A stretch of 53,175 bases of DNA, taken from positions 1 to 53,175 of the IMG/VR virus record IMGVR_UViG_3300023103_000006. One strand, written 5' to 3'. The position numbers and the translations under genes are program-made. Below, piece after piece: positions 37,148 to 46,489 of this stretch. The stretch's first letter is position 1. Each line of letters starts with the position of its first letter. The notes beneath the pieces were generated by a model that was not told where the DNA came from, did no database searches, and saw nothing but the letters and a program-made list of their open reading frames with translations. The DNA is from a virus. Taxonomy: Duplodnaviria > Caudoviricetes.

Positions 37148-37331
37148 TGATATGCCAAAGATAGTCGTATGGGGTCAATCCGGACTGATTAAAGTCTTCA
37201 CTTTTTAAAACATCTATAATTTTAAAGGAAGAAAATATTAACGGGTCTTCTTTTGCTAGTTTTGTGTCAAAATTATCAATATGCTCGCAAAATGCTTTAT
37301 ATTCTTCTTCTTCAGAAAGGAATTTCTTCAT
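37089..37331 (-). CDS. Hypothetical protein
   Basis: Between primase and helicase. Confidence 0.5.
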   Translation of the reverse strand: MKKFLSEEEEYKAFCEHIDNFDTKLAKEDPLIFSSFKIIDVLKSEDFNQSGLTPYDYLWHIIATYDYEKHDFTRLSNKNS

Positions 37332-39684
37332 CGTCTTTTGGTTTTTCGTTATTAATAATTACTTCTGATGTTCTAATCTCAAACCACCTCACACCCTGTG
37401 TATTACCTTGTAATAACTCAAACCCTTTTAATTTGCAATACTTATCCATCCACTCTAAAAACTTCCTTTGACTTAAATTATTTTTCTTAAAATCTGGGTA
37501 TTCAGTAATAAAGTTGTTGAAATATTCTCCTTTACCATTTCTTACATTTCTTGGAAAGTTTGTAGTTTCTTCTATCCACTCAAAAAACTCATCACCGCTA
37601 CCTGCTAAGAACTTCCTAATTTTTATATTCTTTGCCTCTTGCACTATTAACCCTGTATTTAAATAACTTTGAAGGCAAAAAATCATATAATTATCAAAAC
37701 ATAAATAATCTTCTCTACTCCAATCATCAAACAATTGCCTTTTAAAGTCGTCTTCCGGCGTTCTCTTTGCTCCGTAATATTGGGCAAATTCTAATTCAAA
37801 ACGCCTTCTATCATGACTATTACCCTCTCCCTTGATAGCGTAATTGGTGCTTATTACAATCTTTGGACTATCACTAACGCTTTGTTTTATGGCGTCCTTA
37901 TTTTTTCGCTCTAAAGTTATTCCCTCGGTAACCAAGCTAAATTTATTTTCAAAACTAAAATTCTTAACTACATCGTCAAACACTAAAACCTGTGTATCTT
38001 CACTAACAGTTTGATAAGGGAATGATTTCTTGTCATCAAACGTTTTCCCATCTAAAACAGCTACTCTTCTTATCTGCTGTATTCCCTGTATAAATACTCC
38101 TTTGCCTGTTCCACCTTCAGGGTTTTGACTTATCACTTCATCATTCAAAATGATAGCCATGTTATTCATTTTATTTTTATAGGTACTCAAAAGATAGCCT
38201 ATAACGCTTTCCATTGCCTGAGGCTTACCGTCTGACACATTAAAAATAAAGGACTTATAGTCATTATCAATGATAGGATTAATTTTAAAATCTCTGTCAA
38301 TTATCTGTCTTTTCCATATGTAACTATCTATATCTATAAAATCAACTAACTTTACAGATTCCTTTGTGACCTCTAAAATACCATTATTGTAAGCTATAAA
38401 TGAGGACTCTTTTTTATCTTTTAGCATTAATAATTCAATGGTATCAATCATTAGCAAATAACTCTCCGTAAACATAGTAGTCTGCTTTGCGCAATAATTC
38501 CATATATCTATTTCTTTTCTGGTTTCAAGATACATCAAAACAAAATCTTTAATTTTCTCTACACTGGTTTGCGTGACTTTATTTGATTCAATATAAAGAA
38601 AAACTGGCTGCTCTGAATTTTCTGGATAGTACTTTCTGAATCCATGCCTCTCTAAAAATATCTTGTATTTAAACGGATTAATTGTTGTTTTTTTTACGCC
38701 TTTCTTATCGGTTATCGTGTCCCAGAAATCGTCATGGTCTACATCTTCCTTTATCTCATTGTAAATATTTTCGCTTATTTGAAATTTTTGCAAAATCTCT
38801 TCTTTGGGTTTCCTAATATCTCTTTTGATTAGAAGTATTTTTTCATTATCTTCAAAATATCTAGAGTTAAAAACCCTATCCCCGTATGAACTTTTAATTG
38901 TTCTTATAGTTTCTGCCTCTGAGAAATCCCCTATCACTACATTATTGTAAATATATCCTATTGCAGTTTCAATCTCAATCCCATATTCGCAAAACCAATT
39001 AGCTAAAACATAAATATTGTTATTTCTTTTTCCATTAACAAAACCATATTTTCCATCCCACATTTTCATTATTTTGTCAATAATTTTCGCCTCTTCCCTT
39101 AGTGGTAAAACTGGTATTTTTTCAGCGTACATGTGTCCTTGCTCTTCTGCCTTTTCGTCAAAGATAATAGCATTGGCATTATAATAAATATTAGGGTCGT
39201 AACCTTCAAAACATACCCTGTCAACATTACAATTCTTTTCGTCGAAATACTCTATTTTAAATTTTCTATGAAACCCTTTAAAATATAAAGGATGTGTCTC
39301 CTTGTCTGCTAAAGGAATTTTTATAACAGCCTTTATTCCATTACCGGAGGGTGAACGAAAACAAATTATTACATGAGGATTAGAAGTGATTTTTAAAAAC
39401 ATTTCCTCTAATTCGGTTTCTGGTATTTTATCAAAATCAAGCACACATAAGCCAGAATGCTGAACCAAAGAATTTCCATTCCTCTCTTTAAACTCTCCAG
39501 CAAATAAAATACAAGGCAATTCGTTTTTTAACCTAACTCTTTCGGCATCATTTTGGGCAACACGTATTAGTTTTATTAAATCCTTAGAGTTTCCATCTCT
39601 TATCCTTTCTACCACCTTTTCAAGTGGAACATTAAACGAAACATCTTTGGATTTATATAAACTCTTAAATATCGAAACTATCAT
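37312..39684 (-). CDS. Primase-helicase (BT4734/VirE N-terminal-like domain plus P-loop helicase)
   Basis: HSGLCVLDFD and SPSGNGIK N-terminal motifs; GGTGKG Walker A; VLVFDD Walker B; ISTNY; RRRF. Confidence 0.85.
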   Translation of the reverse strand: MIVSIFKSLYKSKDVSFNVPLEKVVERIRDGNSKDLIKLIRVAQNDAERVRLKNELPCILFAGEFKERNGNSLVQHSGLCVLDFDKIPETELEEMFLKITSNPHVIICFRSPSGNGIKAVIKIPLADKETHPLYFKGFHRKFKIEYFDEKNCNVDRVCFEGYDPNIYYNANAIIFDEKAEEQGHMYAEKIPVLPLREEAKIIDKIMKMWDGKYGFVNGKRNNNIYVLANWFCEYGIEIETAIGYIYNNVVIGDFSEAETIRTIKSSYGDRVFNSRYFEDNEKILLIKRDIRKPKEEILQKFQISENIYNEIKEDVDHDDFWDTITDKKGVKKTTINPFKYKIFLERHGFRKYYPENSEQPVFLYIESNKVTQTSVEKIKDFVLMYLETRKEIDIWNYCAKQTTMFTESYLLMIDTIELLMLKDKKESSFIAYNNGILEVTKESVKLVDFIDIDSYIWKRQIIDRDFKINPIIDNDYKSFIFNVSDGKPQAMESVIGYLLSTYKNKMNNMAIILNDEVISQNPEGGTGKGVFIQGIQQIRRVAVLDGKTFDDKKSFPYQTVSEDTQVLVFDDVVKNFSFENKFSLVTEGITLERKNKDAIKQSVSDSPKIVISTNYAIKGEGNSHDRRRFELEFAQYYGAKRTPEDDFKRQLFDDWSREDYLCFDNYMIFCLQSYLNTGLIVQEAKNIKIRKFLAGSGDEFFEWIEETTNFPRNVRNGKGEYFNNFITEYPDFKKNNLSQRKFLEWMDKYCKLKGFELLQGNTQGVRWFEIRTSEVIINNEKPKDDEEIPF

Positions 39685-39720
39685 AACTTCAAACGGTTTG
39701 TAATTTTATAAGAAAAAAAA

Positions 39721-39876
39721 TCATTTTAAGCAAATCAGCTTTTTTTCTAAAATAAGCTCAGAATCTACTTTCTTTTGGTCAATCCAAGTATAGACAGTTT
39801 TTAAAGACCTATTCATGAGAGAGGCATAGTCTTTTGGGGTCATATATGTTTTACCGTTTATATATATTTTATTCAT
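39721..39876 (-). CDS. Small HTH DNA-binding protein (51 aa)
   Basis: MTPKDYASLMNRSLKTVYTWI, an excisionase/MerR-like HTH; below the ORF-track cutoff. Confidence 0.65.
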   Translation of the reverse strand: MNKIYINGKTYMTPKDYASLMNRSLKTVYTWIDQKKVDSELILEKKLICLK

Positions 39877-39900
39877 TTGTTAATAACTAAATTTCTACTG

Positions 39901-39933
39901 CAAATATAGTAAAATATAATTCATAACTACAAA
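39901..39933 (-). promoter_or_regulatory. Promoter for the replication operon
   Basis: TTTG-N21-TATATTTG. Confidence 0.7.
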
Positions 39934-39949
39934 CAATTTGAATAATATT

Positions 39950-40165
39950 TTTTCGCAACACGCAACGCAACACATACCCCTATATACTACTGTGTAGAAA
40001 AAAAAGATTATTTTATTTGTACCCCCATCATTTTTTTAGAAAACAATGTGTTGCTACGTTGCGTATAAGTAAAAAGTAGCTCTAAATCAATGTATATAAA
40101 AGAATTTTCAAAAACACATATACAAATAAAGTGTTGCGCTGCAACAGATTAAAGTGTTGCGTAAA
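39950..40165. repeat. Putative replication origin with GCAAC(A)/(T)GTTGC iterons
   Basis: Clusters at ~39955-39974, 40048-40063, 40131-40146 and 40153-40161 in non-coding AT-rich DNA between divergent replication genes. Confidence 0.6.
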
Positions 40166-40182
40166 TATTTTTATTCAAACCG

Positions 40183-40213
40183 TTTGTAGATGTAGTTTTT
40201 ATTATTATCTTTA
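40183..40213 (+). promoter_or_regulatory. Promoter for the SSB-like gene
   Basis: TTTG-N19-TATCTTTA (one mismatch to consensus). Confidence 0.55.
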
Positions 40214-40268
40214 CATACTCAATAATGAGTAATCATGCCAATATACGGCACTTAACAAATTCAATATC

Positions 40269-40916
40269 ATGGCAATAAACGCTAGTGCGGGGAGTTCTAC
40301 CCCTAGAGAATTAATACCTGCGGGTATGTATGTAGCAAGATGTTACAAAATGGTTTACTTAGGAATGATTGAAGAAGAAACCCAATGGGGGCTAAAGAAA
40401 ATGCCTAAGGTAATAATTACCTGGGAGTTGCCCAATGAGAAAAAATCGTTTAAAGAGGGTGAAGAGCCAAAGCCTTTAGTAATTTCAATGGAGTTTACCC
40501 TATCTTTGGCCGACAAAGCTAAATTAAGAAACTATCTAAACTCATGGAGAGGTAAGCCGTTTACTGATGCGGAGGCTAAAAAGTTTGACATTACTAAATT
40601 ATTGGGTCAACCTTGTTTATTGAATATCACGCATAATACCGGAAAAAAAGACCCATCAAAAACTTATGAGTTTATTGCCACGATAACACCCTTGATGAAA
40701 GGTCAAGAGTGTCCGGCACAAATTAACGAAACTTTTGAGTTCAACTTTGAGGAGGCATTTAGTTGGGAGAAGTTTAATTCTTTCCCTGATTTTATTAAAG
40801 ATAAAATTAAAAAATCTGATGAGTACGGTAAATTAGAGGTTCCGGCATCTAACCCCGCCACTGGCGTTGTTTCTACTGAGAACACAGCTACTCCAGACAT
40901 AGCCGTGCCATTCTAA
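40269..40916 (+). CDS. Phage ssDNA-binding-like replication protein
   Basis: PAG.YVARC...LG; K.KLR..L.SWRG..F...E...FD...LLG.PC; C-terminal ...VPF tail. Confidence 0.7.
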   Translation: MAINASAGSSTPRELIPAGMYVARCYKMVYLGMIEEETQWGLKKMPKVIITWELPNEKKSFKEGEEPKPLVISMEFTLSLADKAKLRNYLNSWRGKPFTDAEAKKFDITKLLGQPCLLNITHNTGKKDPSKTYEFIATITPLMKGQECPAQINETFEFNFEEAFSWEKFNSFPDFIKDKIKKSDEYGKLEVPASNPATGVVSTENTATPDIAVPF

Positions 40917-40932
40917 CAATTGTCACTAACTC

Positions 40933-40966
40933 AATAGCTGGCATAGTAATGTGTCAGCTATTTTTA
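40933..40966 (+). terminator. Intrinsic terminator after the SSB-like gene
   Basis: ATAGCTGGCAT...GTGTCAGCTAT stem plus T-tract. Confidence 0.7.
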
Positions 40967-40973
40967 TATACTT

Positions 40974-41426
40974 ATGGAACAAAATATTGAGAAGATAGAT
41001 TTTAAAAATTTATCTAAAGAATCTCTTTTGTGTTTGGTTGATGCAAACCTTCAATTATGGGCTGATAATGGTCAGGACAAACTAGGTTTTCATGCTATTA
41101 TTTGTAAAGCTGAATTATTTTTTAGCGAGCTGAAGAAAAAATTAGCTAAAACCTTGATTGATGAATTGGCGAAAAATAATAATTCTACGCATAATGGCGT
41201 AGTATTGTCTCTGTCAAATGGTAGTTCTTACGATTACTCAAACAGCCCGGCATGGATTGAAGTGAATGGAAGAATTGAGGTGATTAAAGAAGATTTAAAA
41301 GCTATTGAAGCGATAGCAAAAGTAACTAAAACCAGGAGTGAATGGACAGACAAAGACGGTGAATGTTATGTTATTTATCCGGCAGTATCAAAAAGCGCAG
41401 AAACGGTAAAGGCTACAATTAAGTAG
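40974..41426 (+). CDS. Hypothetical protein
   Basis: 150 aa; YDYS...W motif. Confidence 0.6.
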   Translation: MEQNIEKIDFKNLSKESLLCLVDANLQLWADNGQDKLGFHAIICKAELFFSELKKKLAKTLIDELAKNNNSTHNGVVLSLSNGSSYDYSNSPAWIEVNGRIEVIKEDLKAIEAIAKVTKTRSEWTDKDGECYVIYPAVSKSAETVKATIK

Positions 41427-41664
41427 CGTTTAAATCTCTTTTAGTTACTAATTTGTACAAACTTTTAAGTTCTTCTACTGTTTCTATACGGATATTATCA
41501 GAACCATAATACCATGAGCCTGCAACAAATCCATGTTCTGTAACTTTGCAAATACTTATACCTAATTTAACATCGTGTTTAACATAACTTACCCAATCTT
41601 TAGTGCCAGTTCTGCAAGGCGTAAACCCATAAACTGTAATATTATCTTCGGTTAATTTTTCCAT
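41419..41664 (-). CDS. Hypothetical protein downstream of leader C
   Basis: 81 aa ORF. Confidence 0.6.
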   Translation of the reverse strand: MEKLTEDNITVYGFTPCRTGTKDWVSYVKHDVKLGISICKVTEHGFVAGSWYYGSDNIRIETVEELKSLYKLVTKRDLNAT

Positions 41665-41677
41665 TTTAGATAGTTTT

Positions 41678-41775
41678 AAAATAATAATGCCCCAAATACC
41701 TGCTTAGCTTCTGACGTCTAAACAAAATAGATGAGGCAAAAATCTTAATGGCAGTATAGTCAGAAGTGCCAATGA
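41678..41775 (-). ncRNA. Kissing-loop leader element C
   Basis: P1 UGGCA/UGCCA with loop CUUCUGAC (41759-41766), complementary to GUCAGAAG (41708-41715) in the loop of long stem 41688-41738. Confidence 0.6.
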
Positions 41776-41776
41776 T

Positions 41777-41807
41777 TAAATATAGTAAGAAATTATGTAA
41801 AAAGCAA
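41777..41807 (-). promoter_or_regulatory. Bacteroidota-type promoter
   Basis: TTG-N20-TATATTTA (one mismatch). Confidence 0.6.
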
Positions 41808-41816
41808 GTTATAGTA

Positions 41817-42287
41817 CTAAGAAATTCCTTTCATAAAAGTTAGCCACATAGTTTTACTTTGTCTGCCTGTCGTATGTCCGAATAAGGGCTTGTAAGGAAT
41901 TAATTCTAAAACCTCACTAACTTTTATTTGCGATTCGTTCCATTTGAAAATTAGAGTACCATTCGGTTTTAAGACACGAATGCACTCATCAAATCCGGCT
42001 TTTAAATCTTCTTTCCAAGACGGTAATAAAACACCGTACTTTTGCGCCATCCATGATGTTTTACCTAATTGATTCATGTGTGGAGGGTCAAATACTACCA
42101 TATAAAACGATTCATCCTCAAATATCATTTGCCTGAAATCGCTGATTACGTCAGGTTTCACTACTAAGGTTCTGCCATCGCATAGGTTTGTGTCAAGCTC
42201 CCGAATATCTGCAAAAACTACATGAGGATTTTCTTTGTCGAACCAAAACATTCTACTGCCACAACAAGCGTCTAATATTGTTTTCAT
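41817..42287 (-). CDS. SAM-dependent (probable DNA) methyltransferase
   Basis: ILDACCGSRMFWFDK and VVFDPPH motifs. Confidence 0.85.
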   Translation of the reverse strand: MKTILDACCGSRMFWFDKENPHVVFADIRELDTNLCDGRTLVVKPDVISDFRQMIFEDESFYMVVFDPPHMNQLGKTSWMAQKYGVLLPSWKEDLKAGFDECIRVLKPNGTLIFKWNESQIKVSEVLELIPYKPLFGHTTGRQSKTMWLTFMKGIS

Positions 42288-42449
42288 ATCAATTAGTTAT
42301 AAATATCCTACAAACTTTATTAAAATCAACTCCACACTTCAAACAGATTTCTTTCAATCCGTTACGCTTATCTTTAGGATGCTGTTTAAGAAAGTTTTCA
42401 AATTCAGTTCCTATGCTTTGCAGGTTGTTTGCTCTTTGTTCTCCGATGC

Positions 42450-42695
42450 TCATGTTAGATAAACTGTTAGGAATAAAGCCAACAATAAGTTTCTTTCGTT
42501 TAACTCAGCACATTTTTCTTTGCCAAACTGAATATAGGTTTTATTATGAATTTGAAAGAAATTGACAACTACAACCTTCTTAGTAATTGTGCTAGATAAT
42601 TTGTACTTATATCCCTCGCTAGTAGTACTTAGGTATTCAAATTTAAACTCTTGTCCTAGACAGGCTTCAAGCGTTTCTTCTATTTCGTTTTTCAT
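42450..42695 (-). CDS. Hypothetical protein
   Basis: Coupled ORF. Confidence 0.55.
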   Translation of the reverse strand: MKNEIEETLEACLGQEFKFEYLSTTSEGYKYKLSSTITKKVVVVNFFQIHNKTYIQFGKEKCAELNERNLLLALFLTVYLT

Positions 42696-43276
42696 ATTTT
42701 ACTTACTGTTAGTTTAAGTCCTGATTCTTTTTCTATTTGTTCGATTAATGCCTTATGTTTGTCCGATAAGCCGGAAGACTCCAAAGGCTTAATATAATTA
42801 AATGCCCTGTATGCGCTATCTTCATTTAAAGTATTGATTGAATTAACTATATGTCTATCCCTATTAGGGTGTTTACATACGTAATTCCACTCAGACCATT
42901 CAATTTGATTGTCGCTTGCAAGGACTATTTCGCCGACTTGTGGCACAAATTCGACTTTTTCTTCAATTAGTTTTTCGATTCTTTTAATTAAAGCGCTATC
43001 AGGTTTTGTAGCAAACTCAATTATTGGTTCTGATATGAGTTTGAAAAACTCGCAAAATTCAAGAACAGTACAATTATTAGGCATATCTTCTTTAGCCCAA
43101 CTTTCCCAAACTCCTTGTTCATTAACTCCGGCATACTGATAATCCGGATAGGAAGAGCAGTACTCGTAATGTGCCTGCCAGATTTTAATAAACCTTTCTG
43201 ATTCGCCGTTTACCGCACTTAGAATATCTACACACCAGTTTTTATCTGGCAGATTGTTAAAATTGTATTTTTTCAT
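42692..43276 (-). CDS. Hypothetical protein
   Basis: 194 aa coupled ORF. Confidence 0.6.
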   Translation of the reverse strand: MKKYNFNNLPDKNWCVDILSAVNGESERFIKIWQAHYEYCSSYPDYQYAGVNEQGVWESWAKEDMPNNCTVLEFCEFFKLISEPIIEFATKPDSALIKRIEKLIEEKVEFVPQVGEIVLASDNQIEWSEWNYVCKHPNRDRHIVNSINTLNEDSAYRAFNYIKPLESSGLSDKHKALIEQIEKESGLKLTVSKI

Positions 43277-43464
43277 TTTAGTATAAGAATTGGATAATAG
43301 TTAATAATACAAAAAGCAATAGCGGTAATGACAAAGGCCCAGCAAGCCGCTATAAATACTTTGACATAGTGCTTGAATACCTTAGCTTCAAGTCTTTGGT
43401 ATAACTCAGTCAATAACGATTGTTTCGGAAGACTGTTTTTGCTTTGTTGTTTGTAGTAGTTCAT
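43273..43464 (-). CDS. Small membrane protein
   Basis: C-terminal TM helix. Confidence 0.5.
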   Translation of the reverse strand: MNYYKQQSKNSLPKQSLLTELYQRLEAKVFKHYVKVFIAACWAFVITAIAFCIINYYPILILK

Positions 43465-43700
43465 AGCTCTTTTTTTGGTTTTCCAGTTAAAACTTCAAAT
43501 AAAAAATATGAAAGAGATATGCCACAACTGTATTTATCTTTAACAGCCCAATATTTCATAGGTAGGGGTATTATAGGCATATCAAAAGAATCCCTGCTAG
43601 ATATTTTTACTATTAATTCAAGCGGATATTCTATTTTCAATCTCTTATCCATTTTGTTTCGCTTTCCGAACTTAGAAAGACCGTGTATTTTTATTTTCAT
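43461..43700 (-). CDS. Hypothetical protein
   Basis: Coupled ORF. Confidence 0.5.
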   Translation of the reverse strand: MKIKIHGLSKFGKRNKMDKRLKIEYPLELIVKISSRDSFDMPIIPLPMKYWAVKDKYSCGISLSYFLFEVLTGKPKKEL

Positions 43701-43888
43701 TTGATAAAGTTATTAAAATCTGTTTCGTTAAGTTCGATAATGTTGGTGATTGTTATTACATCACCCCTTTCTTTTAATATTTTCATAGAAAACTCTTTTT
43801 GATTTGGATAGTTTTCATCTATTAATGCACTGTGTCCATTTCCTTGCCTAGGTGTATTTATACAGAAAAACACAATAAAATATCTCAT
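43697..43888 (-). CDS. Hypothetical protein
   Basis: Coupled ORF. Confidence 0.55.
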   Translation of the reverse strand: MRYFIVFFCINTPRQGNGHSALIDENYPNQKEFSMKILKERGDVITITNIIELNETDFNNFIK

Positions 43889-44150
43889 TTCTTAAATAGT
43901 TTTTTGATTAAAATAAAAGGTAAATAAACAGTTATAAGGATTAGTAGAGAGAAAAAGGCTGGAACGAATACTTTAAGAATTGTTTTCATGGTTCCACTTG
44001 CTGAAAAATAGTCCAATCTTCACAATTAAATCTAGCAAAATGAGCTGCCCCAATTCTAGTTTCAAAGGTTTTTATATTTCCTTTGTCGTCTCTTACTATT
44101 ATAGGGTTTCTAGTAAGGTAATGTAAAATGATTATGTATTTCATAGTCTA

Positions 44151-44366
44151 TCAATTTAAAGGTTCACTACTTATGATTCGCCAGTTTCTATACGTCATTA
44201 CTGCAAACCCTAATAACTGAGGTGAGATAATGAAAAGAGCCGCAATTCTTTGCATACCTGTTATGTCTGAAATAAAGGTATAAATAAGCGCAATTATCAA
44301 AGCGATTGTATAAAGCCCGAAGAAACAATAGTTATCTTCAAGTACTCTTTGTTCAGGTGTTTTCAT
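44151..44366 (-). CDS. 2-TM membrane protein (likely start MKTPEQ)
   Basis: Two hydrophobic helices. Confidence 0.5.
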   Translation of the reverse strand: MKTPEQRVLEDNYCFFGLYTIALIIALIYTFISDITGMQRIAALFIISPQLLGFAVMTYRNWRIISSEPLN

Positions 44367-44519
44367 TAGATTGTTTTTTAGTATCCGAATCTGTTCCAAA
44401 AGCTAATAATTTCTTTTATTGTTTTTCTAAGGCGCTTCTTAGCCAACTTCTTTCTCTGTCTCTTGTTCATCTTAGTATAAACATTTAAGGGTTTTGCACC
44501 TAAGTACACATCATTTTTA

Positions 44520-44828
44520 TCAAAAATCCGAACGACTCCGTATGATCTTTTTTATTAGTCCACATTTAGAGCACTCCTTACAGGTTAATGTTTCATCTGT
44601 AAGATAGTTTTGAGGGTTGTAACATATATCTTCCCAGTACTTTTGTCCCTGACTTGTCAAGTGCCACAAAAAAGCATTCAACAAGGTCTTTTCTAAAGAT
44701 TTACCTTTCTTAGAAAGAAACGTTTTTGGCGTATCTTTTTCGTCATTTCTAAATTCAGTCTTCACATTCTCAAACGCCTGACTACGCCAGGGTTCCTTTA
44801 GTCTGTTGAGTTGGTCTTTATTGGTCAT
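44520..44828 (-). CDS. Hypothetical protein
   Basis: L.EPWRSQA..N...AF.W....QG..YW pattern. Confidence 0.6.
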   Translation of the reverse strand: MTNKDQLNRLKEPWRSQAFENVKTEFRNDEKDTPKTFLSKKGKSLEKTLLNAFLWHLTSQGQKYWEDICYNPQNYLTDETLTCKECSKCGLIKKIIRSRSDF

Positions 44829-45034
44829 TTTATAGTTTTTATTTGTTCTATTTCTCGTATTTTTAAATCAAAAACTCCGGTAATTTCCGTTCTTTTCAAA
44901 TGAGAAATTTCCTCGTCTTCTTCAAACCATGCCCCTGCACAACCACGATTAGGTGCAATAATCTTTCTAATTATGACTTTTATATTGTTTGTCCCTTTAG
45001 GAATATAAGACAAACAGGCGATAAATTCTTTCAT
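44825..45034 (-). CDS. Hypothetical protein
   Basis: Coupled ORF. Confidence 0.55.
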   Translation of the reverse strand: MKEFIACLSYIPKGTNNIKVIIRKIIAPNRGCAGAWFEEDEEISHLKRTEITGVFDLKIREIEQIKTIK

Positions 45035-45408
45035 GTAAAATCAGGTTTGAATAATAGTTTGATTTCTTCGATAAGGTGATTGTACTCTTCTAAATGTTTT
45101 AATGATTTGTCTGTAAGTGAAACTCCAGGATTAAAGAAAGTCTCACCTTTCATTTTTGTTTCAACATAGACAGGATGATAAAACATAAGCGTCTTAAGTG
45201 CTTCAAATGTTTCTTCTTTTGCGGCGATAGATTTTTTGCTTTCTTTCGGAATAACAAGTTCTTCTAATTCGCAATTCAAATCTACTTCCATATCAAACTC
45301 AACTAATGACTCAGGGGCAGGGATTAAGACAATTTTGTTGTCAATTAACTCCATTCCCAAATCTACGTATCTTGCAGTCATTTGTTGAAAAGCCTCAGTA
45401 TGTGTCAT
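45031..45408 (-). CDS. Hypothetical protein
   Basis: Coupled ORF. Confidence 0.55.
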   Translation of the reverse strand: MTHTEAFQQMTARYVDLGMELIDNKIVLIPAPESLVEFDMEVDLNCELEELVIPKESKKSIAAKEETFEALKTLMFYHPVYVETKMKGETFFNPGVSLTDKSLKHLEEYNHLIEEIKLLFKPDFT

Positions 45409-45443
45409 AGTTTTATTTATTTATCTGCCTATTGGCAGGGTGG

Positions 45444-45650
45444 TTAAACAACTTTAAAAAATCCGGCAATGGTGCCAGTATAATTATCTGGTTCAATTCG
45501 GTCTATATTTTCTTTGCCAAATCTACCATTAGCAAAGTCAATAGCCTCTTGCTCTGTTCGTTTTCGTCCGTTCAAATCAAAGCTTGTTATTCGAAAATTA
45601 TAATTTTCGATAGATTTATTGAAAAATACACGCCAGAATTTCTTTTCCAT
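45444..45650 (-). CDS. Hypothetical protein
   Basis: Tiled ORF. Confidence 0.55.
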   Translation of the reverse strand: MEKKFWRVFFNKSIENYNFRITSFDLNGRKRTEQEAIDFANGRFGKENIDRIEPDNYTGTIAGFFKVV

Positions 45651-45690
45651 AGTTTTATATTTTAACCCCTAACTAAATAGGGGGAGTGAG

Positions 45691-45915
45691 TTATTCTTCT
45701 ATATTAGACAAATGAACATCTAAGAAACTTTTGAGGTGCTTTAGTTCTGAGTATTCAATAAGGCAAGACGCTGCAATTTTCCTATCGCCCCGGCCAATTA
45801 GTTCAATATGCAAACATTGCCTGTCTCCGATAAAATCAAGGTCGTACATTTGACTTTGTGATAACTGTTCGGTAATTATCTTTGTAGCTTCTGATTGAAT
45901 TAATAGTGATGCCAT
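45691..45915 (-). CDS. Hypothetical protein
   Basis: Tiled ORF. Confidence 0.55.
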   Translation of the reverse strand: MASLLIQSEATKIITEQLSQSQMYDLDFIGDRQCLHIELIGRGDRKIAASCLIEYSELKHLKSFLDVHLSNIEE

Positions 45916-45950
45916 GATTTTTAAGTATTAAAGATTAAATGATTTATTTT

Positions 45951-46211
45951 TCAAAGAACAGAAAGTCTATTACCAGAAGTCCAATAGCTTCTATTTTCAA
46001 GTGAAACTTTAGACATATCTTTGTCGGCATTGGTTGAATGATTCATTTTAGACCAGTTTAATTTAAACTTTTCGTCTGCTACTTCATCCTGAACTTGTTT
46101 ATGAGCAGTCTCCTGTCTTTTTCCTGCTTTCTTCCATTGCCATACACGAGCCATGTATTTGCTTCTATCTAATTTGCCAGTTTCGGGGTTGATTAATTTG
46201 TAGTTGCACAT
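45951..46211 (-). CDS. Hypothetical protein
   Basis: Tiled ORF. Confidence 0.55.
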   Translation of the reverse strand: MCNYKLINPETGKLDRSKYMARVWQWKKAGKRQETAHKQVQDEVADEKFKLNWSKMNHSTNADKDMSKVSLENRSYWTSGNRLSVL

Positions 46212-46215
46212 TGTG

Positions 46216-46437
46216 TTAATATTTATAAAGTTCTGTCATTGCTTTTTCTACTGCTACGTTCACCGGATTCCCTGCATTGTTTTTGTAGAATTTACGCTCT
46301 GTAACCATATAGGCATAGTCTTCGTGTTGTTTTCCCCTGAAAGTTCCTTTAATCATTCCACCTTCTGCCCTTGCAGATATACGAGGGTCAATTTGATTGA
46401 TTCTATTTGCGATGTCGATAACTAATTGAGTTGTCAT
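46216..46437 (-). CDS. Hypothetical protein
   Basis: Tiled ORF. Confidence 0.55.
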   Translation of the reverse strand: MTTQLVIDIANRINQIDPRISARAEGGMIKGTFRGKQHEDYAYMVTERKFYKNNAGNPVNVAVEKAMTELYKY

Positions 46438-46489
46438 TGTAGTAATTAAGTTTTAGATTTATTGGCACTAACGCAGGACCCGCAGTTTA

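Noticed and set aside
39950-40165. CRISPR-like array
   Set aside because: Repeats are only 5-8 nt, irregularly spaced and in both orientations; no cas genes.
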